DNA of 13,415 nt from contig JBFIML010000068.1 in NCBI GenBank assembly GCA_041611735.1, positions 1-13,415 on the forward strand, read 5' to 3'. Position numbers and translations under genes: made by a program. Each line of letters starts with the position of its first letter. Position 1 is the stretch's first letter. Shown here one piece after another: positions 1 to 6,058 of this stretch. The notes below the pieces were generated by a model. That model was not told the origin of the DNA, did not search any database, and saw only the letters and a list, made by a program, of their open reading frames with translations. Source of the stretch: Myxococcota bacterium. Its GTDB lineage: Bacteria > Myxococcota_A > UBA9160 > PR03.

Positions 1-9
1 GGACGCGAC

Positions 10-762
10 GTGACTGAGATCGATCGGAGACGCTTCTGGCGCCTGGGGCCGGCTGGCCTGCTGCTCGGCGGGTGCTTACTCGCGGCGGTGGCGTCCCACG
101 CCACCACGATCCACGGCAACTTCGTCGGGACGAACTACGACTACCTGGGCGTGCAGGAGACCTCGAGCTTCGGGGACCCGGAGCCGCTGTTCGGAGCCCC
201 GATCATCGTGGGCGACAGCCTGGTCTTCACGCCGACGACCTTCAGCGCGTCGGCGGCCGGCGCCTTCGGCTTCGACCAGACCGGCGCGCAGCTGCAGGCG
301 ACGATCATGTCTACCGGCGCCCTCCCGATCAACGTCATCACGATCGATGAGTTCGGCGAGGTGGACCTCTCGGGGGTCGGCAGCCCGGCGACCGGCGCCT
401 TCATCAGCATGTCCGGCGTGGTCACCGTGCTCGAGACGACCGGCGGGCCGTGCGTCGCGTGCCAGATTCCCTGGGTCGGCACCTTCACCCCGAGCGACCT
501 GTATGGGCTGCCCGCGGACGCCGGTCAGACGCTGTTCCAGGGGAACGCGCTCATCGACGTCGCCTCGTTCTTCCCGAACGCGACGAAGGTATTCCTGTCG
601 TTCGACAACGACATGATCGTGTCCAGCGAAGCCGGGACCACGGCGATCATGGAGAAGAAACCGACCATCGTGATCAGCGTTCCCGAGCCCGGGACCGTGC
701 TCCTGCTGGGCAGCGCCGCGCTCGCATTCGCGCTGCGCGCCCGTCGCGGGTCCACTCGCTGA
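10..762 (+). CDS. PEP-CTERM sorting domain-containing secreted protein (cassette 1, small partner)
   Basis: N-terminal signal peptide (basic RRR, hydrophobic core, ASHA cleavage-like site). C-terminus VPEPGTVLLLGSAALAFALRARR is a classic PEP-CTERM signal (VPEP codons begin at 679). GTG start at 10 is near the window edge, so the start is uncertain. Confidence 0.9.
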   Translation: MTEIDRRRFWRLGPAGLLLGGCLLAAVASHATTIHGNFVGTNYDYLGVQETSSFGDPEPLFGAPIIVGDSLVFTPTTFSASAAGAFGFDQTGAQLQATIMSTGALPINVITIDEFGEVDLSGVGSPATGAFISMSGVVTVLETTGGPCVACQIPWVGTFTPSDLYGLPADAGQTLFQGNALIDVASFFPNATKVFLSFDNDMIVSSEAGTTAIMEKKPTIVISVPEPGTVLLLGSAALAFALRARRGSTR

Positions 763-827
763 GTCTCGACATGAATCCGACACTGAATCTGGACAGCCGG
801 TTCGCGAAGCGGGCCCGGTCTGCAGGC

Positions 828-834
828 AAAGGAG
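828..834 (+). promoter_or_regulatory. Ribosome binding site for the 841 GTG start
   Basis: AAAGGAG ends 6 nt upstream of GTG 841. Confidence 0.7.
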
Positions 835-840
835 TCTCAA

Positions 841-3666
841 GTGTGTAAGACCGGTCTCGTAACCGCCCTGTTCTCGATCTTCCTACTCGCCGCTCCGGCC
901 GCCTTCGGCCAGGTCAACTACGGCGACTTCCTGGGTACCGGCGTCGACTTCTTGCAGGTGACCGAGACGACCCAGACGCCTCCGGACCCGGCCGTCCTGT
1001 GGGACGCGCCGGTCCTGAATGGTGCGGGCTCGGGTCTGGAGTTCTTCCCGCCCAACTTCACCTCCATCTGCGCTGCCGGAAGCAGCGACATCACCTCTTC
1101 ACAGCTCCAGACGACGATCATGGCCCAGGGCGCCAACACCATCGATGAGGTCGCCCTGCTGGAGAGCGGCGATGTCACGCTCACCAAGTTCCCCCCCTTC
1201 GGCGACCCGACCACCAACGCGTCGGCGAGCCTCGGGGGCTTCCTGACCGTGATCGAGGACACCGGCGGGCCCATCGTGCCCGTGGTGATTCCGTTCGCGG
1301 GGACCTTCGTTCCGGCCAGCACCTTCAGCCTCCCGGGCGATTTCGGCGCGAGCACCTGGCAGGGCAGCTTCCTGATCGACGTCGCCGCGCAGGTGCCCAA
1401 TGCGACCAAGGCTATCCTGCAGCTCAACAACACCCTGGACTCGAACTGCGGGGCCGGGGCAACCAGCGGCAAGATCCAGAAGAAGTCCGTGGGCGGCCCG
1501 ACGGTTGCCCTGATCGTCAATCCGACGCCTTGTGACCTGCTGATCGAAAAGACCTGCTGCCTGCCCACGCCGGCCTCGCCGGGCATCGACATCTGCGAGG
1601 GCAAGTCCGTGCGTGCGGTCTTCGAGGTGACCGGCGGCGGCTGTGACGCCACGACGAACGACCAGGAAGGCAAGGCCAAGTGCAGCGGCCTCGACCCGGT
1701 GCTGGATCCGGGCGACACGGTGGACATCACCGTCCTCAAGGACGAGGACAAGGTCAGCGTGAACGGGAACCTGGGCGGCACGACGGGCGTGCCCGTCGGG
1801 AGCACCATCGAGTTCACGCACGTGGACGGCGAGCTCAAGGCCAGCACCAAGTTCCGGGTGAGCGGGCCGGGCGGCAACCAGGAGCTCACGGTCCACACCT
1901 CCTGCTCGAAGTCGCTGGCGTGCGGCGACCAGTTCGGCAGCGTCCAGCTGGTGGAGCTCCAGACCACCGAGGGTGGCACCACCGTCTGCACCCAGCCGGA
2001 AGAGGGCGGCACCCAGTGCACGCCGCCCCAGGGCCAGGTGGGGGTCGGGTGCACCGAGCGGCCGGTCCAGATCGTGTTCGAGTACACCGGCTCGGCGTGC
2101 CAGAACCCGTTGCCGCAGCCGCCGGACAAGGCGGAGTGCGCGGGTGATCCCGCGGGTGCGCAGCCGGTCAGCGTGACCTACACCGGCAAGGACCCCGGCA
2201 AGTTCACGCTCGATCCTGCCAGCAACATCGACGTGGGCGAGACCTTCTCGTTCACCGCGACGGGCCGCGACGAGCTCCACTCGGAGTCGCAGTTCCTGAT
2301 CGCGGACGCGGGCGGCGTGGTGCAGAACCTCAGGCTCCACACCTCGTGCTCGCAGCCGCTGGCGTGCGGCGACGAGTTCGGCGCGCTCAAGATCGTGGAG
2401 TTCACTCAGAAGGACGGCACTGTCGTGTCCTGCGACACCGATCCGGGGCCGCTCTTCCAGCAGGCGTGCGAGGTTCCGCTGGCGCCGCCGACGCCGCACT
2501 GCACCAGCAAGGTGATGGAGCTGCAGCTCGCCTACATCGGCGACGCCTTCGGTCTGGGCTGCGGCGTCAGCAATCCGCAGGACGGCAAGGCGAGCTGCAC
2601 GGGCGTGGACGACCCGGGCAGCCCGGTCTCGGTCACCATCACCAAGGACCCGGACAAGGTGTTCGCCGATCCGAACGCCGGCATCAACGCGCCGACGATG
2701 ACGAGCGTGGACGTGGTCTCGATCTTCAAGGAAGAAGGCGGGGTGCGGAAGGAGCTTGCCTCCACCACGGAGTTCGACGTCTCCGGTCCGGGCGGGACGC
2801 AGTCGCTCGCGATCCACACCTCCTGCTCGCAGCCGCTCAACCTGGGCGACGTGTTCGGCTCCTTCGCGGTGGTGGGCATCGACCGCCAGGACGACGGCTT
2901 CGTCGGCCTCGGCGGCCAGGTCGAGTACCAGTACACGGTGACCAACCCGAACGCGGGCGACGCCACCAACGTGGGGGTCCTCGACGATCCGTTCGGCCTG
3001 ATCGCGAGCGGGGAGACGATCCCGGCCGGCGAGAGCAAGACGTTCTTCACCACGAAGACGCTCTACGCGACGCTGACCAACGAGGCGTTCGTGTCCGGCG
3101 AGGTGGGCAACTCCACGTGCACGCAGACGCCGGATCCGGAAGAGCTCACGGTGACGGTCAGCCTGCCGCCCCAGGGCTCCTTCGACTGCAGCGACGCGAA
3201 GCCCATCAACCAGCTCTCGATGGAATGGGCGGGTCTCCAGAACGTCCGCATCCGCGCCTGGAAGGGAAGCGTGGGCGGCACGCTGCTGAAGGACCAGGAC
3301 AACGTCATGCCCAGCGACGTGGTGACGGTGACCGGTCTCGGCGGCTCGCCCAACGATCAGGTCTGGGAGGTCTTCCAGGCCGGGACGCTCAACAAGATCG
3401 GGGAGTCGCAGTTCCACATCTCGTGCTCGGATTCCAACATGAACGGGATCGAGGACTGTGGAAAGGCGCAGGGCGACGGGAAGAGCGACGACCCGGCGAA
3501 GCTCAACGACTGGCTCTTCGAGGGCATGAAGGGCGACCAGACGCTCGACTGCACGCCGGATCCGATCCAGACGCCGGGCCCGGGCTTCTGCGGTCTCGGC
3601 TTCGAGCTGGCCCTGCTCCTGCCGGGCCTGATGTGGCTGCATCGCCGGCGGCGGACGGCGAGCTAG
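841..3666 (+). CDS. Large Cys-rich secreted/surface protein (941 aa): head domain, HTSCS-repeat stalk, Ig-like (DUF11-like) segment, C-terminal CGLGFEL-TM-Arg tail
   Basis: Signal peptide ending AAFG. HTSCS motifs at 1894, 2338 and 2815, HISCS at 3415. GQVEYQYTVTN...NVGVLDD...IPAGESKTF Ig-like motif. Ends GPGFCGLGFELALLLPGLMWLHRRRRTAS. Good RBS; paralog at 6059..8785. Confidence 0.9.
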   Translation: MCKTGLVTALFSIFLLAAPAAFGQVNYGDFLGTGVDFLQVTETTQTPPDPAVLWDAPVLNGAGSGLEFFPPNFTSICAAGSSDITSSQLQTTIMAQGANTIDEVALLESGDVTLTKFPPFGDPTTNASASLGGFLTVIEDTGGPIVPVVIPFAGTFVPASTFSLPGDFGASTWQGSFLIDVAAQVPNATKAILQLNNTLDSNCGAGATSGKIQKKSVGGPTVALIVNPTPCDLLIEKTCCLPTPASPGIDICEGKSVRAVFEVTGGGCDATTNDQEGKAKCSGLDPVLDPGDTVDITVLKDEDKVSVNGNLGGTTGVPVGSTIEFTHVDGELKASTKFRVSGPGGNQELTVHTSCSKSLACGDQFGSVQLVELQTTEGGTTVCTQPEEGGTQCTPPQGQVGVGCTERPVQIVFEYTGSACQNPLPQPPDKAECAGDPAGAQPVSVTYTGKDPGKFTLDPASNIDVGETFSFTATGRDELHSESQFLIADAGGVVQNLRLHTSCSQPLACGDEFGALKIVEFTQKDGTVVSCDTDPGPLFQQACEVPLAPPTPHCTSKVMELQLAYIGDAFGLGCGVSNPQDGKASCTGVDDPGSPVSVTITKDPDKVFADPNAGINAPTMTSVDVVSIFKEEGGVRKELASTTEFDVSGPGGTQSLAIHTSCSQPLNLGDVFGSFAVVGIDRQDDGFVGLGGQVEYQYTVTNPNAGDATNVGVLDDPFGLIASGETIPAGESKTFFTTKTLYATLTNEAFVSGEVGNSTCTQTPDPEELTVTVSLPPQGSFDCSDAKPINQLSMEWAGLQNVRIRAWKGSVGGTLLKDQDNVMPSDVVTVTGLGGSPNDQVWEVFQAGTLNKIGESQFHISCSDSNMNGIEDCGKAQGDGKSDDPAKLNDWLFEGMKGDQTLDCTPDPIQTPGPGFCGLGFELALLLPGLMWLHRRRRTAS

Positions 3667-3688
3667 CCGAGCGGGCGGCGAGCCCACC

Positions 3689-3725
3689 CAACGCCCCGGC
3701 CTTCGGGCCGGGGCGTTGTCGTTTC
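3689..3725 (+). terminator. Probable intrinsic terminator hairpin (copy 1)
   Basis: Perfect 13-bp stem CAACGCCCCGGCC / GGCCGGGGCGTTG with a TTCG loop (C(UUCG)G tetraloop), followed by TCGTTTC. Begins 22 nt after the stop at 3666. The U-tail is weak. Confidence 0.8.
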
Positions 3726-3800
3726 GGGGGGCCGGCGTCGCTACCCTGGAGGCATTCCAAGCCGGGGGAGCCACCCTCCTTGAAGTTCAGACCGGCACCC

Positions 3801-4925
3801 ATGGGCGTTGCCGGCGCCCTGCTCGCGAACCTCGTGATCTTCGGCGCGCTGGGCCTCTTCAGCTGGTTGAACGGCTTCGACAGCGACCTCTTCTATCGCA
3901 GCGTGCAGGAGGACGAGTGGATCGAGTGGGGGACCTTCTGGGCCTTCCTGCTCGCCGCCGGCGCCTTCGGGTGGGCCGCCGTGCGCCAGCGGCGGGTCGC
4001 CCGCGTCTGGCCCTGGTTCCTGGCGGGAGTCGGTCTGTTCTGCTTCGCGGTCGCCATGGAGGAGATCTCCTGGGGGCAGCGCATCCTGGGCTACCGGCCC
4101 CCGGCCTACTTCCTGGCGCACAACTACCAGCAGGAGCTCAACGTCCACAACGTGATGGACAGCGACCTCCGCAAGCTCTCGGTGAAGGTCGTGATCCTGG
4201 GCTATGGGGCGGTGCTTCCGCTGCTCGGGCTGGTTCCGGGGCTGGCCGGGGCGTTGCGACGACTGGCCGTGGTGCCGCCGCCGGTGGAGCTCGTCCCCGG
4301 CTTCCTGGCCGCCTTCTGGATCTACGACGCCTACCCCTTCAAGTTCTCCGGCGAGATCACGGAGCTCATGATGGGCTTCTGCTTCCTGTTCGCGGGCCTC
4401 GCGCCCTGGCGCGAGCTGGCGCCGCCAGCTGCGAACACCGCCCGGCGCCGGCTGGCCCTGCCCGTGGCCGTGGCCACAGGGCTGGTGGTGGGCCTCGGCG
4501 CGGCCAACGCCTGGTCCTCGCGCTCACGGCGCAGCGCCTCGCCGGAGCTGTTGGAGGCCGCCCGCGCCGAGCTGTGGGCCCTCACTCGCGACTTCCACCA
4601 GCGCGCCCGGGAGATCGGCGGGCTCCCGAGCCGCTGCGGCGTGCACAAGCGGCTCTACACCTTCCGGCGCCAGTACGGCCAGCGCTTCCTCGACACGGGT
4701 CAGTTCGCCGCCCTGGGCGGGCAGGGGCTTCCCGCCGAGCGGGCGGAGTTCTTCCTGGATCCCTGGAACTCCCCCTACTGGCTCCGCGACAAGTGCAGCC
4801 CCGACCGGCGCCGGAGGGTGGTCTTCGTCTACTCCTTCGGGCCGAACCGGCGCCGGGACTCCAGCGCCTGGGAGGTCCGGGGTGACGACGTGGGTGGGCT
4901 GCTGCTGGTCCATCCTCGGGAGTGA
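3801..4925 (+). CDS. Multi-pass membrane protein with EEISWGQR/ELNVHN motifs and a C-terminal GspG (T2SS pseudopilin)-like domain
   Basis: Real coding part of the 2346..4925 ORF, taken from ATG 3801 (alternative in-frame TTG at 3780 with GGGGAG upstream). Several hydrophobic segments; motifs QEDEWIEW, MEEISWGQR (EE at 4059), QELNVHN, GEITEL. The C-terminal DPWNSPYW...YSFGPN...GDDV resembles the GspG C-terminal signature DPWGxxY...SxGPDG...DDI. Confidence 0.8.
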   Translation: MGVAGALLANLVIFGALGLFSWLNGFDSDLFYRSVQEDEWIEWGTFWAFLLAAGAFGWAAVRQRRVARVWPWFLAGVGLFCFAVAMEEISWGQRILGYRPPAYFLAHNYQQELNVHNVMDSDLRKLSVKVVILGYGAVLPLLGLVPGLAGALRRLAVVPPPVELVPGFLAAFWIYDAYPFKFSGEITELMMGFCFLFAGLAPWRELAPPAANTARRRLALPVAVATGLVVGLGAANAWSSRSRRSASPELLEAARAELWALTRDFHQRAREIGGLPSRCGVHKRLYTFRRQYGQRFLDTGQFAALGGQGLPAERAEFFLDPWNSPYWLRDKCSPDRRRRVVFVYSFGPNRRRDSSAWEVRGDDVGGLLLVHPRE

Positions 4926-5085
4926 GCCGCGCCGTGAGCGGAAAGCCTGAACCCCTTGGGGACTGGATGGGGAGGGAAAGCTGGTTCCGGAAAAGCAGAA
5001 GAGGTTTTCCTCGCCAGCCCCGCGGGAACTCGTTGCGCCGCTGCGGCGCCAGGATATAAGTCTCCGAAATGAATATGGTTTTATT

Positions 5086-5117
5086 GGACGCGAGGGACGC
5101 GAGGGACGCGGGGGGGG
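5086..5117 (+). repeat. 9-bp tandem repeat (GGACGCGAG x2 + GGACGCGGG) running into a G8 tract
   Basis: Units at 5086-5094, 5095-5103 and 5104-5112; G run at 5110-5117. Confidence 0.85.
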
Positions 5118-5118
5118 C

Positions 5119-5134
5119 TGGCACCGGGCTTGCA
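5119..5134 (+). promoter_or_regulatory. Sigma-54 (RpoN) -24/-12 promoter
   Basis: TGGCACCGGGCTTGCA matches the consensus TGGCAC-N5-TTGCW with exact GG(5120-21)-N10-GC(5132-33) spacing. It is intergenic, about 80 nt upstream of a PEP-CTERM gene. Confidence 0.85.
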
Positions 5135-5216
5135 TCGCTTTCCCGTGACTTTCTTTCGCGCTGCGGGGCGCGCAAGGGGCATTGTGCCGGGAACCCGAGG
5201 GAGAAGGGGGATCTTG

Positions 5217-5951
5217 GTGTCGGCTTCTGCGAAGCGGTTATCCGAGATTGCGTGCCGGGTCCTGCTCTCGGGGGCGTTGCTGCTCGGGCTTTCGGGCCCG
5301 GCGTCCGCCACGCTCTTCACCATCGACGGGAGCGGCGACGGCGCCCTCCAACTGGACGGCTCGGACGACAAGACGTTCAGCTTCACCGGGTCGACGGGCA
5401 CGGCCAGCGGCAGGATCCGGGCCGTCGACATCTCGTCCATCACGCTTGGCGACATTGCGTTCCAGATCGGCCCCGCGGGCTTCGCCGGCCTCGACGTCCT
5501 CGTCTTCGACATCGTGCTGAACGCCGGGTCGGCTCCCCTGGACCAGATCGGCGTCGCCGTGGCGACGGCTCCGACCGGCCTCGACCCGGCCGGTGCCGGA
5601 TACCTGGTGGCGCCCGGGGAGACTCCCTCCCCGGCCAACGCCGTCTCGATCTCCACGGGCTTCAACGTCTGGCCGGGTCAGGCGCTGTTCGACTACCATC
5701 TGAATGGCTTGAGCGCGGGGAACCTGCAGGCGGGCGAAGCGACCCGCCGCCTGTTCGTCACCTGGAACGACACCGGGCCGAACTCGCCGCTAAACATCGG
5801 CCAGACTGCCACCTTCATGTTGAGCTCGGGGCTGGACCAGGACTTCATGGTCACGATCGTGCCCGAGCCCGCCTCCCTGGCCCTGGTGGCCGGGGGGCTG
5901 GTGGCCCTGGGCTTGGGTCTTCGCCGGCAGCGAAAGGGAATGCGGCCGTAG
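5217..5951 (+). CDS. PEP-CTERM sorting domain-containing secreted protein (cassette 2, small partner)
   Basis: GTG 5217 preferred over the ORF-track start at 5130, which lies inside the sigma-54 site. RBS-like GAAGGGGG 6 nt upstream; signal peptide ending PASA. C-terminus VPEPASLALVAGGLVALGLGLRRQRK (VPEP from 5859). Confidence 0.9.
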   Translation: MSASAKRLSEIACRVLLSGALLLGLSGPASATLFTIDGSGDGALQLDGSDDKTFSFTGSTGTASGRIRAVDISSITLGDIAFQIGPAGFAGLDVLVFDIVLNAGSAPLDQIGVAVATAPTGLDPAGAGYLVAPGETPSPANAVSISTGFNVWPGQALFDYHLNGLSAGNLQAGEATRRLFVTWNDTGPNSPLNIGQTATFMLSSGLDQDFMVTIVPEPASLALVAGGLVALGLGLRRQRKGMRP

Positions 5952-6023
5952 TCAGAGCCCCGCTCCGGGGCGCGTGCCGGGTCTGACAGCAGTGGGTGCT
6001 GCCGCATCTCACAGAACGGATCA

Positions 6024-6050
6024 GGAGCGCCCGGCAGGGCGCTCCGGAGG
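6024..6050 (+). promoter_or_regulatory. Intercistronic hairpin directly followed by a GGAGG ribosome binding site
   Basis: GGAGCGCCC-GGCA-GGGCGCTCC (6024-6045, perfect 9-bp stem), then GGAGG at 6046-6050, 8 nt before ATG 6059. Confidence 0.6.
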
Positions 6051-6058
6051 TTAGTCCG

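Noticed and set aside
451-462. CVAC (CxxC) in PEP-CTERM protein 1 as a redox or heme motif
   Set aside because: No following His (not CxxCH), no thioredoxin context, and absent from the homologous head (IVPV); likely a local disulfide.
763-840. Possible sigma-54 site between gene 1 and gene 2 (TGGACAGCCGGTTCGC; GGGCCCGGTCTGCA)
   Set aside because: GG-to-GC spacing is 11 or 9 nt rather than the required 10.
1099-3774. 891-aa minus-strand ORF (also 918..2129 and 76..840)
   Set aside because: Antisense shadows of well-supported + strand genes; stop codons are scarce in high-GC codon usage; no recognisable motifs.
2346-3800. N-terminal 485 aa of the 859-aa ORF
   Set aside because: Out-of-frame overlap with 841..3666, Arg-rich nonsense, and crosses a terminator; the real gene starts at about 3780-3801.
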